DNA from: Bacteroidales bacterium
GTDB lineage: Bacteria; Bacteroidota; Bacteroidia; Bacteroidales; VadinHA17
DNA length: 64,000 nucleotides
Direction of reading: 5' to 3'
NCBI GenBank assembly: GCA_963662685.1
Contig: OY759745.1
Coordinates: forward strand, 2,036,478-2,100,477
In this document: positions 49,942-58,285 of the stretch, in pieces
How the letters are laid out: each line of letters opens with the position of its first letter
Position numbering within the stretch: position 1 is the stretch's first letter
Program-made: the position numbers and the translations under genes
The notes under the pieces: generated by a model
Databases searched by the model: none
What the model saw: the letters and a program-made list of their open reading frames with translations, nothing else
Told to the model about the DNA's origin: nothing

Positions 49942-52900
49942 CAGTTAACCTGTTTTTAAGCTCCTCGTTTTCTGTTTTCAGGCTTTCTATCTCCCCCTGT
50001 TGCTCCTTGACAGCTTCTATAAGCACCGGGGTAAGTTTCTCATAAGAGATGCTTTTATATCCGTTTTCGTCGGTGTATACCAGCTCTGGCAGTACCTCTT
50101 CCACCTCCTGTGCCAGGACTCCGATATGGGCGTTCGCGTCGAAGTTCATTTCCGGAAATTCGTCAGTTCTCCAGTTATATCTTACACCATTGATATGCAT
50201 TATCTTATCCAGTGAGTTTTCAATGGCTTCAATGTCAGTTTTGTAACGGGCATCGGAGGTTTCGATAGTTCCGTTAGTCGCATAAATAGTTGACCATCTC
50301 CAAGTCGCATCTCCAAGAGAGAAAAAGCCATTAATACCTGGACGAATTACTCCATTTACGGTAACATCCCCACCAAAATATCCGGCATAATTATTAGTAG
50401 CCCCATATGCGGTGGCATAAATTCCGTAATTAGTTGTTCCCGTACCTGTAGCTTCGGTCCTTATTCCATAATTATCTGAACCTCCGGAAGCCTGTGTATA
50501 AACAGATATGTTATTAGCTCCGGCGTTAGTACCGATTACATGTAATTTGTTTTCTATGTTTGGAGAAGAGGTTCCAATTCCAATACTTCCGTTTTTTAAT
50601 ATCACCATTGCGTCACTGGGACTTTCTTTGGATCCGTTTCCCACTACCAGTAGCCTGTCGCTTGCATCTCCCGGGTACTCTGTTTCTGCTGGGGTGTATG
50701 GTGTGTTGAACATACCAAGTGCGGTCTCACCGTAAGATGGTGCTGTTACATGTGTGCCCGCGGCTATTGAACTGACCCCTGATGCTGTTGAGAATGTTCC
50801 CAGTGCGACGGATGCACGACCGTTAGCTTTATTGCCGTAACCTGCCGTGAGGCTGTAGCTGGCGGTCGCGGAGGTCCTGTAACCAATAGCTGTTGAACCT
50901 AACCCACTGGCCGTGGAATAATAACCCATTGCCGTTGAGTAATTGTCAGAGGCGTTTGTTTTGGATCCTGATGCGAATGAACTATATCCTGATGATATGG
51001 TTTCGTATCCCATGGCGGTAGCGAATTTACCGCTGGCAGTTGTGCTGATACCTATGGCGACACTACCTTCAGCAACGGTCTGTGCTCCTTGTCCAATAGC
51101 CACTGAATATGGTCCTGTCGCGGTAACAACTTGTGTTATTTGTCCCAGGGAATCCAGTCCGGCACTTCCGAAGGCGAAGCTTCCGATTCCGTTGGCTATG
51201 GCACCCCGGCCAATAGCGTAACTCTCATTAGCATCAGCTATGGCTGCCTTACCTATGGCGTAACTTTCCTCTCCGTTTGCCTCGGCTTCGTGTCCCAGTG
51301 CGAAGCTGGATATAGCGTTAGCGTTGGATCCGTAGCCTATTGCGTAACTGGCTTCACCCAAGGCACGTGTTGACTGTCCTATCGCGAAGGCATGATCGCC
51401 GTATGGACCAGTGTAAGCGTCAATACCGAACGCATATGAATAGTCGCCGTCGGCATATGATGATGTTCCTATGGCCACGGAACTTTCTCCTGATGATACC
51501 GCACCGGTCCCTATCGCATAACCCGATAAGTCCAATGCTTCCGCTCCGGTTCCTAATGCATAACTGTACAGACCTTCCTCATAAACTGAGGCTCCGTTAC
51601 CAATAGCGTAACTTTCAGTTGCCATTGCCTGGGCGTTTTGACCGATAGCGTATGAGTTATCTCCCCCGGCCATGGAGTTTTGACCTATGGATGTAGAGTT
51701 TAGTCCGTCTGCATAGGCCTTGTAGCCCATTGCCTGGGAGTAATCGCCTTTGGCTCTCGACTCGTAACCGGAGACGAAAGAGTTTTCCCCAACGTTGGCG
51801 GCATCATCAATCAACACTCTTCCTGTCAAAAAAGCGTTACTGTAAGGATACCACAGTATCCTGTTTTCTGCGGGGGTTACAAGCAGGTTGGCCGAATTCA
51901 GATTTATGTCGAAGTAGCTGGAGATATCGCTTTTGCCTGTTCCCGTTTCAAATCCCTTAACCGCGAAACTTCCTTTTTCTCCTTTCAATCCGTCGCCTGA
52001 ATCGTTGATGTAAATTCTTGTACTGTCGCGCGTAATGCGTAGGTATTCTTCACCTGTGGTCTTTGTGCCGATTCCGGAAAAGCTTCCCACGGCAAACCCC
52101 CCTTTATTTCCCTTTGTGGCATCGCTGTCGATATATATTCTGGCACTGTCGCGTGTTATGCGGAGGTACTCTTCTCCTATGGTTTTGGTCTCAGGTCCGG
52201 AGAAGCTTCCCACGGCGAATCCCCCTTTATTTCCTTTTGTTACATCGCTGTCGATATATATTCTGGCACTGTCGCTGTTGATGATAAGGTAGCTGGAAGC
52301 GCTCCCCTTTCCCTCGTCAAATCCTTTAACAGCGAAACCGCCTTTTACTCCTTTGGTTCCGGTATCATTTACGTATACCTCTACGCCTTCGTTGTATACC
52401 GCGAAGACAGTCTGTCCGGTATTGTTTTTGACTTCAAAAAGAGGTTCCTCGCCCACACCGTCAATATCTTCCACAACATTGAGTTTGCTGAGGTCTCCGG
52501 CTAGATCATAGGCAATGTTGGCTCTGGCTGCTTCCTGTGCGTATGAAGCGTTTCCGGAAGTCAATGAGTAGGGAATCGACCAGATGTCGCTGCTTCCCAT
52601 GTCAATATCCTGACTGTTATAGGTTATTACTGTATGCAGTTTCTTGGTGCCCGAACCCCAGTCAATATCACTGAATCCTGTTGCCGAGCCTCCTGTCCTG
52701 GTACCTTGTCCTACTACCAAAGATACCAGTCCGAACTGGTTCGTTGTTACTGTATGTGTTTCGATCCATATATCGGAACCTGCGGCATCCTCTATAGAGA
52801 GTTCAAGGGTGATCTCCTGATTGGCTATGATATTGTCCGATGCGTCTCTCAGAACAGCCTGGTAGTTGAAGCCCATAGGAATATCCTGGGCCATCATGTT

Positions 52901-52945
52901 TGAAAACATTGTCAGTATTACGATAAAAGGTAGTAATCTTCTCAT
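49916..52945 (-). CDS. Secreted fibre-like protein: N-terminal module, KGxKGxFAV repeats, YadA-like head repeats, C-terminal S74 intramolecular-chaperone (tail-fibre) domain; paralogue 1
   Basis: 1009 aa from ATG 52945 (MRRLLPFIVILTMFSNMMAQ signal peptide). Carries SYAIGxGAxA-type repeats of about 14 residues and the C-terminal SDARYKTDIEAIENSLDKIMHINGVRYNW...coiled coil. Confidence 0.8.
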   Translation of the reverse strand: MRRLLPFIVILTMFSNMMAQDIPMGFNYQAVLRDASDNIIANQEITLELSIEDAAGSDIWIETHTVTTNQFGLVSLVVGQGTRTGGSATGFSDIDWGSGTKKLHTVITYNSQDIDMGSSDIWSIPYSLTSGNASYAQEAARANIAYDLAGDLSKLNVVEDIDGVGEEPLFEVKNNTGQTVFAVYNEGVEVYVNDTGTKGVKGGFAVKGFDEGKGSASSYLIINSDSARIYIDSDVTKGNKGGFAVGSFSGPETKTIGEEYLRITRDSARIYIDSDATKGNKGGFAVGSFSGIGTKTTGEEYLRITRDSTRIYINDSGDGLKGEKGSFAVKGFETGTGKSDISSYFDINLNSANLLVTPAENRILWYPYSNAFLTGRVLIDDAANVGENSFVSGYESRAKGDYSQAMGYKAYADGLNSTSIGQNSMAGGDNSYAIGQNAQAMATESYAIGNGASVYEEGLYSYALGTGAEALDLSGYAIGTGAVSSGESSVAIGTSSYADGDYSYAFGIDAYTGPYGDHAFAIGQSTRALGEASYAIGYGSNANAISSFALGHEAEANGEESYAIGKAAIADANESYAIGRGAIANGIGSFAFGSAGLDSLGQITQVVTATGPYSVAIGQGAQTVAEGSVAIGISTTASGKFATAMGYETISSGYSSFASGSKTNASDNYSTAMGYYSTASGLGSTAIGYRTSATASYSLTAGYGNKANGRASVALGTFSTASGVSSIAAGTHVTAPSYGETALGMFNTPYTPAETEYPGDASDRLLVVGNGSKESPSDAMVILKNGSIGIGTSSPNIENKLHVIGTNAGANNISVYTQASGGSDNYGIRTEATGTGTTNYGIYATAYGATNNYAGYFGGDVTVNGVIRPGINGFFSLGDATWRWSTIYATNGTIETSDARYKTDIEAIENSLDKIMHINGVRYNWRTDEFPEMNFDANAHIGVLAQEVEEVLPELVYTDENGYKSISYEKLTPVLIEAVKEQQGEIESLKTENEELKNRLTAIEKMLKL
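49919..50257 (-). other. Peptidase-S74-like intramolecular chaperone auto-processing domain of paralogue 1
   Basis: The last 113 aa start at the S-D-A-R-Y-K (Ser...Lys+5) motif and end in a heptad-like coiled coil. Confidence 0.7.
52028..52273 (-). repeat. Intragenic tandem repeat, 2 x 123 nt (41 aa), in paralogue 1
   Basis: Units DSARIYIDSDVTKGNKGGFAVGSFSGPETKTIGEEYLRITR and DSARIYIDSDATKGNKGGFAVGSFSGIGTKTTGEEYLRITR. The DNA units look about 85 percent identical by eye. Confidence 0.85.
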
Positions 52946-53155
52946 CAGAATATATAGTTTAATTTTAATTGCCCTATGAACCCTGACGGGTTCAGTGTGA
53001 TCTTTCTTGTATGGCACAGCAGTATAATCCAAAAAAATAAAAGATCTTTCAGTGAACGAATATATATCTTTTTGATGTTTTTTTGCGCTAAAAAACAGCT
53101 TTTTTGCCTTTAAGGAACGTATGGCGGTCTGATCCCGCTGAGAGACCTATATATA

Positions 53156-56029
53156 TTAAAGATCCAACAATGCTTCAATGGTTTTGATCCGGGCTTTGAG
53201 TTCCTCATTTTCCGCTTTCAGAGAGGCTAATTCGTCCTGTTGCGCTTCTATCTCTCCCTGTTGTTCTTTTACAGCCTCAATAAGTACCGGCGTAAGATTA
53301 GCGTATGAGACACTCTTATAACCGTTTTCGTCGGTTAAAACAAGTTCGGGCAGAACCTCTTCAACCTCCTGGGCTATAACTCCGATATGGGTTTCATCGT
53401 CGAAGTGCATATCCGGAAAATCGTCGTTTTTCCAATTATATGTCACTCCGTTAAGCGACATGATCTTATCCAGAGAGTTTTCAATATTATTAATATCGGT
53501 TTTGTAGCGGATATCGGAATTTTGTGTTATAGCACCTGTCGCGTAAACGTTTCCAACAAAATATCCGGCGTAATTGTTTGATGCTCCATATGCCTGCGAA
53601 TAAATTCCGTAATTTGTTGTCGCGTTTCCACCTGAAATAACGTTTAATCCATAATTGATTGCTGCTCCGGAGGCAACCCCATAATATGCGTAAGTATAGC
53701 CAGTTGAGGTAGAACCGCCTGTAGCCGTGGAGGCAACAGAATATGTATTTCCGGTACTGACTGTATTAACGTTAAGTCCCCTGTTGGTCGATCCTACGAC
53801 AAGAGAATACTGGTTCAGGGTATTCTGATTTGGCTGGTCAATACCTACATGACCATTTTTCAGGACTACCAAAGCGTTGCTGGGGTCGTTGTAAGTACCG
53901 TTGCCTATAACGAATAACCTGTCAGTACCAACAGAATAAGTAGTTGATAAAGGCGCATAATCCGTATTGTACATTCCAATCGCTATCTCTCCGAATGATT
54001 CAGCTGTTACATAGCTTCCAAGAGCCATTGAACTGTGACCTGATGCTGTAGCGTGAACCCCCATTGCGGTTGTCATAAAGTTTTTGGCTTCTGTATAGTA
54101 ACCGGCGGCGAAGGATGCGTTCAGTGACGCTTTTGTTGCCCAACCAAGAGCAGTTGAAGAAAAACCGTTAGCTGTTGTACTATACCCCAAAGCAGTAGAA
54201 TAGCTGTTAGTCGCTCTTGTCTTTGACCCGGCCGCGAAAGAGGAGTGGCCCGAGGAATATGTTTCGTATCCCAAAGCGGTGGAGTATTTATTAGTGGCCG
54301 AGTTGCCCACACCAATCGCGATACTTCCTTCCTGGTATGCTCTGGCACCTTGCCCTATAGCCAATGAGTGGGAACCTGATGCCTGAACTACTCCTGTTGT
54401 GTTTCCCAGTGAGTCAAGACCTGCGCTACCGAAGGCGAAACTACCCGTTCCGCTGGCAATGGCTCCACGTCCGATAGCATAACTCTCCTGTCCTGTTGCC
54501 TGTGCTCCCGCGCCAATCGCGTAGCTTCCGGGTTTTGTGGTTCTCGCCGATGCTCCTATTGCGTAACTCGACTCCGCACCGGCGTCCGCATCGTGTCCAA
54601 TCGCGTAACCATATGTTCCCGCATCATCAACAATGGCACTCATCCCGATAGCATAGCTGCTTGGAGCAGATGCTTCAGCTCCCTGTCCGAAAGCGTATGA
54701 ATTGTCGCCTATGGCCAATGATCCCTGTCCTATTGATGTTGAATTTAATCCGTCGGCATAGGCCTGATAACCCATAGCCTGTGAGTAGTTGCCTTTGGCT
54801 CTCGATTCAAAACCGGCTACAAATGAGTTCTCTCCTACGTTGGCAGGATCGGATATCAATACCTTACCTACAAGAAAAGCGTTGCTGTAAGGATACCAGA
54901 GTATCCTGTTTTCCGCGGGGTTAACAACGTAACTGGTCTCGTCCATGTTTATGTCGAAATAGTTCGCGTTATCTCCTTTTGATGATGTGCCGAAGCCCTG
55001 AACGGCGAAACTTCCCTTTATGCCCTTGAGTCCGTCATCCGAGTCGTTTATATAGATTCTGGCGCTATCCCTGGAGATCCTTAAATACTCTTCGTTAACT
55101 GATTTTGTCCCTGTGTTGTTAAAACTGCCCACAGCGAAACTTCCTTTAATGCCTTTGACCGTCTCTTCGTTATTTATATATATTCTTGCACTGTCCTGCG
55201 AGATCCTGAGGTATTCTTCTCCCGGTGCTTTTGCTCCTGTACTGTTGAAACTGCCCACGGCAAAACTTCCTTTAATTCCTTTGGTAGTCTCGTCGTTGTT
55301 CAGATAAATCCTTGTACTGTCGCTGTTTAATAACAGATAATCAACTCCTTCACCTTTATTGGATCCAAACCCCTTTACGGCAAAGCTTCCCTTTACTCCT
55401 TTTGTGCTGGAGTCGTCGAAATAGACCTCAACGCCTTCGTTGTAGACAGCGAAGATTGTCTGTCCGGTATTGTTCCTGACTTCAAATAACGCCTCTTCCC
55501 CGGCACCGTCAACGTCTTCAACAACATTAAGACTGTTAAGCTCCCCGGCAAGGCCATACGCAACATCCGCTGTTGCGGCGTTTTCAGCTTGCTGAGCTTC
55601 CTGTGCGAATGATGCTGTTCCCGCATTTAACGCATTGCCGGCCACCAAAGAGTAGGGAACAGAATATATGCCGCTTGTGCCCATATCTATCTGCTGACCA
55701 TCATATTCAATAGTGTTGTTTATATAAACAGGACTGGTGGTCCAGTCGATATCCCCGAACGCCGTAACTGTTCCTCCTGTTCTTGTCCCTTGTCCGATAA
55801 CCAATGAGATAAGTCCGAACTGGTTGGTTGTAACCGAATGGTTCTCTATCCATTGCGCAAGGCCGTTTATGTCCTGAACCGACAATTCAACTGTAACATC
55901 TTCATTTGCGATGATGCTCCCGGAGGCATCGCGCAAAATAGCCTGATAAGTAAAACCCTGTGGTATCTCCTGTGCTATCAGTGATGCCGCCAGTGATGCC
56001 AATACTATTAATACTGTCAATCTTTTCAT
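53156..56029 (-). CDS. Secreted fibre-like protein, paralogue 2 (same architecture as 49916-52945)
   Basis: 957 aa with signal peptide MKRLTVLIVLASLAASLIAQ. It is collinear with paralogue 1 throughout and ends in SDIRYKTDINNIENSLDKIMSLNGVTYNW...coiled coil. Confidence 0.8.
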   Translation of the reverse strand: MKRLTVLIVLASLAASLIAQEIPQGFTYQAILRDASGSIIANEDVTVELSVQDINGLAQWIENHSVTTNQFGLISLVIGQGTRTGGTVTAFGDIDWTTSPVYINNTIEYDGQQIDMGTSGIYSVPYSLVAGNALNAGTASFAQEAQQAENAATADVAYGLAGELNSLNVVEDVDGAGEEALFEVRNNTGQTIFAVYNEGVEVYFDDSSTKGVKGSFAVKGFGSNKGEGVDYLLLNSDSTRIYLNNDETTKGIKGSFAVGSFNSTGAKAPGEEYLRISQDSARIYINNEETVKGIKGSFAVGSFNNTGTKSVNEEYLRISRDSARIYINDSDDGLKGIKGSFAVQGFGTSSKGDNANYFDINMDETSYVVNPAENRILWYPYSNAFLVGKVLISDPANVGENSFVAGFESRAKGNYSQAMGYQAYADGLNSTSIGQGSLAIGDNSYAFGQGAEASAPSSYAIGMSAIVDDAGTYGYAIGHDADAGAESSYAIGASARTTKPGSYAIGAGAQATGQESYAIGRGAIASGTGSFAFGSAGLDSLGNTTGVVQASGSHSLAIGQGARAYQEGSIAIGVGNSATNKYSTALGYETYSSGHSSFAAGSKTRATNSYSTALGYSTTANGFSSTALGWATKASLNASFAAGYYTEAKNFMTTAMGVHATASGHSSMALGSYVTAESFGEIAIGMYNTDYAPLSTTYSVGTDRLFVIGNGTYNDPSNALVVLKNGHVGIDQPNQNTLNQYSLVVGSTNRGLNVNTVSTGNTYSVASTATGGSTSTGYTYAYYGVASGAAINYGLNVISGGNATTNYGIYSQAYGASNNYAGYFVGNVYATGAITQNSDIRYKTDINNIENSLDKIMSLNGVTYNWKNDDFPDMHFDDETHIGVIAQEVEEVLPELVLTDENGYKSVSYANLTPVLIEAVKEQQGEIEAQQDELASLKAENEELKARIKTIEALLDL
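53159..53518 (-). other. Peptidase-S74-like intramolecular chaperone auto-processing domain of paralogue 2
   Basis: The last 120 aa start at the S-D-I-R-Y-K motif. Confidence 0.7.
55070..55321 (-). repeat. Intragenic tandem repeat, 2 x 126 nt (42 aa), in paralogue 2
   Basis: Units DSTRIYLNNDETTKGIKGSFAVGSFNSTGAKAPGEEYLRISQ and DSARIYINNEETVKGIKGSFAVGSFNNTGTKSVNEEYLRISR. Confidence 0.85.
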
Positions 56030-56071
56030 AATAAGGAATAATTAGATTGCGTTAATACTTTATCAATGAAC

Positions 56072-56102
56072 CATATCTAACCGGACATGTCCAAAGGTCA
56101 AA
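56072..56102 (-). promoter_or_regulatory. Candidate promoter of paralogue 2 (TTTG, N19, TAGATATG) with a 10-bp palindrome in the spacer
   Basis: The minus strand reads TTTGaccttTGGACATGTCCggtTAGATATG. The -7 box has one mismatch to TAnnTTTG and lies 43 nt upstream of the ATG at 56029. Confidence 0.45.
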
Positions 56103-56157
56103 TATAAATAAAGTTGGCTAATTATCCCTACCGCTGTCCTGATGCGCAAAATTTTAA

Positions 56158-58095
56158 CTATTTTCTCTTTTTACTTTTTTTGTCGACACTCAGGATCTGG
56201 GCCTTCTGGCTTTTCTTCTTAGGTTTTTTATTGCCGTACCTGTCGACCGGTGATTTGTGTCCATATTGTTGACCACTGTTTTTCCTGTATGATTTCTTAC
56301 CGTCGTCAGAACGAAACTCTTCTTTCATCCTGCGGAAGTCTTCCTCCCAGTCGTCGGACAAATCATCTTTTCTTCCGCTTCTTTTCTTTTTTGCGGGATT
56401 TTTTTTCCATTCACTGCCTCCTTCACGCTGACGTTTGTGGTTTTCCGATTCCTGGGCCTCTTCAACGACTACTTTTCTTTCATTGAACATAGCGTTGTTC
56501 AGGTTGGGCGCAACTTCACCGGCCCTGTCGGCGTCCATCTCAAAGAAAGAGAAGTTTCTCATGAGATCAATTTTACCCAAAGCTACTTTTTTGCCTTTGG
56601 TATTGTTGTTTATGAGCCCTATGAGTTGTTCCGGTAACATCCCGTCTGATTTTCCCAGGTTTATGAAATAACGGATATATTTTCCACTGGATGAAAGATC
56701 TTTGGCTCGCTCGCCTCCTTTCTCCCTGCTCCTTCTGCCCTGATCCCTTTTCCCGGATTCCCTGTCGACTGGAGAGATGATCTCCGCGCCGTTACGGTAA
56801 TCCCCCAGAAACTTGTCGAATTGTAACGAGATAACCCTGCTAAGCAGCTCTTCCCTGTCGAGTGCCGACAATCTCCCTTCAATTTCCGGAAGTATCTTCT
56901 CAATTTCCTGGTGTTCGGTGGTTACTGTCTCGATCTTTTTTACCCAGTGCATAAGCTGTTTGTAGCATATATCTTTTCCTGATGGTATTTGCAGGGATTC
57001 GAACGATGTTTTTACCTTTTTTTCTATCTTTTTTAACTGCTGCCTTTCGCGGAGGTGCACCAAAGAGAGTGATATGCCTGTCTTGCCGGCACGACCGGTC
57101 CTGCCGCACCTGTGGGTATATACCTCGATATCGTCGGGCAGGCTGTAATTTATTACGTGGGTAAGATTATCCACGTCCAGTCCGCGGGCGGCGACATCGG
57201 TAGCTACCAGCAACTGAAGGTTTCTGACCCTGAACTTCTGCATCACTGTGTCGCGCTGGGCCTGCGACAGGTCGCCGTGCAACGCATCGGCATTATATCC
57301 GTCATCTATGAGTCGTGAAGCTATCTCCTGTGTTTCTTTTCTCGTTCTACAGAAAACAATACCGTAAATACCAGGTTCAGAGTCGGCTATTCTTTTCAAA
57401 ACCTTATACTTATCCCTGGCCTGTACAAGAAAATATCCGTGCGATATATTGGTAGCCGATGCGTTTTTTGTGCCTATGGTAACCTCAAGAGGGTCTGTCA
57501 TATAATTACTGGCTATCGAAGCCACCTCATTCGACATTGTTGCCGAGAAGAGAAGCGTGCGCCTTCCATCCGGAACCTTTTCCAGTATTTCGTTGATACT
57601 GTCTACAAAGCCCATGTTTAGCATCTCGTCAGCTTCGTCGAGCACCACGGTATGAACTTTTTCCAGTTTTGCCGCTTTTCTCCCAATGAGGTCTATCAGC
57701 CTTCCGGGTGTTGCGACTATGATGTGTACCCCTTTTTTCAGGGCTTTTATTTGCTGCTCTATGCTGGCGCCGCCGTATACGGCCAGTATTTTAAGTTGTC
57801 CGGTGTGTTTGGCGAAATCGTTCAGGTCGCCTGTTATCTGCATACATAACTCGCGGGTCGGACATAAGATAAGCGCCTGTGTGTCGTTTACTTCCGTATC
57901 GGTAGTCATCACCAGTGGTAACCCGAAAGCGGCGGTTTTGCCTGTTCCTGTCTGCGCCAGCGCTATAATATCCTTCTCTTCGTTCAACATCAACGGAATA
58001 ACCTTCTCCTGCACTGGCATAGGATTATTGAATCCCAACTCCTGAATCGATTTCAGGATACCGGGCGTAAAACCCATTTCTTCAAAATTTGTCAT
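56158..58095 (-). CDS. DEAD-box ATP-dependent RNA helicase with a DbpA-type RNA-binding domain and a basic tail
   Basis: Q-motif, AQTGTGKT, DEAD, SAT and HRCGRTGRAG, followed by a Lys/Arg-rich C-terminal tail. Confidence 0.94.
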   Translation of the reverse strand: MTNFEEMGFTPGILKSIQELGFNNPMPVQEKVIPLMLNEEKDIIALAQTGTGKTAAFGLPLVMTTDTEVNDTQALILCPTRELCMQITGDLNDFAKHTGQLKILAVYGGASIEQQIKALKKGVHIIVATPGRLIDLIGRKAAKLEKVHTVVLDEADEMLNMGFVDSINEILEKVPDGRRTLLFSATMSNEVASIASNYMTDPLEVTIGTKNASATNISHGYFLVQARDKYKVLKRIADSEPGIYGIVFCRTRKETQEIASRLIDDGYNADALHGDLSQAQRDTVMQKFRVRNLQLLVATDVAARGLDVDNLTHVINYSLPDDIEVYTHRCGRTGRAGKTGISLSLVHLRERQQLKKIEKKVKTSFESLQIPSGKDICYKQLMHWVKKIETVTTEHQEIEKILPEIEGRLSALDREELLSRVISLQFDKFLGDYRNGAEIISPVDRESGKRDQGRRSREKGGERAKDLSSSGKYIRYFINLGKSDGMLPEQLIGLINNNTKGKKVALGKIDLMRNFSFFEMDADRAGEVAPNLNNAMFNERKVVVEEAQESENHKRQREGGSEWKKNPAKKKRSGRKDDLSDDWEEDFRRMKEEFRSDDGKKSYRKNSGQQYGHKSPVDRYGNKKPKKKSQKAQILSVDKKSKKRK

Positions 58096-58285
58096 TAATT
58101 TTTGTTATATGAAGCGGCTTCTAAAGTGATTTTTGTTGTCGCCGTTAAAAATGAACTCAAATACTCACAGCGAAAAACCACGAAAACGTCGCCTTGTTAA
58201 ATAGGCCGCAAATATAGTTAATATATTGAACTTTTTTGGTTTACGTATATCTTTTTTTGCGGAGGATCATATAAATCCCAAAACG

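Noticed and set aside
50711-51793. Periodic DNA in the YadA-like repeat regions and the (GAACCA)4 tract at 26157-26180, considered as possible CRISPR or other non-coding arrays.
   Set aside because: The repeats are in frame within long ORFs, are degenerate at the DNA level, and lack the alternation of identical repeats with unique spacers. No cas genes are present.
52035-52292. Plus-strand ORFs with internally repeated sequence (52035-52292, 52063-52281, 55113-55307) that could be mistaken for small repeat proteins.
   Set aside because: They are antisense or alternative readings of the 123/126-nt tandem repeats within the fibre genes, so the repetition is inherited from the coding strand.
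49916-56029. The possibility that the two tail-fibre-domain genes mark a prophage or phage remnant.
   Set aside because: No other phage-like gene (integrase, terminase, capsid, tail tube, baseplate, lysis), att-like repeat or tRNA is present within 6 kb on either side. Both proteins have Sec signal peptides. Phage origin of the C-terminal domain by ancient domestication remains possible, and the wider flanks could not be inspected.
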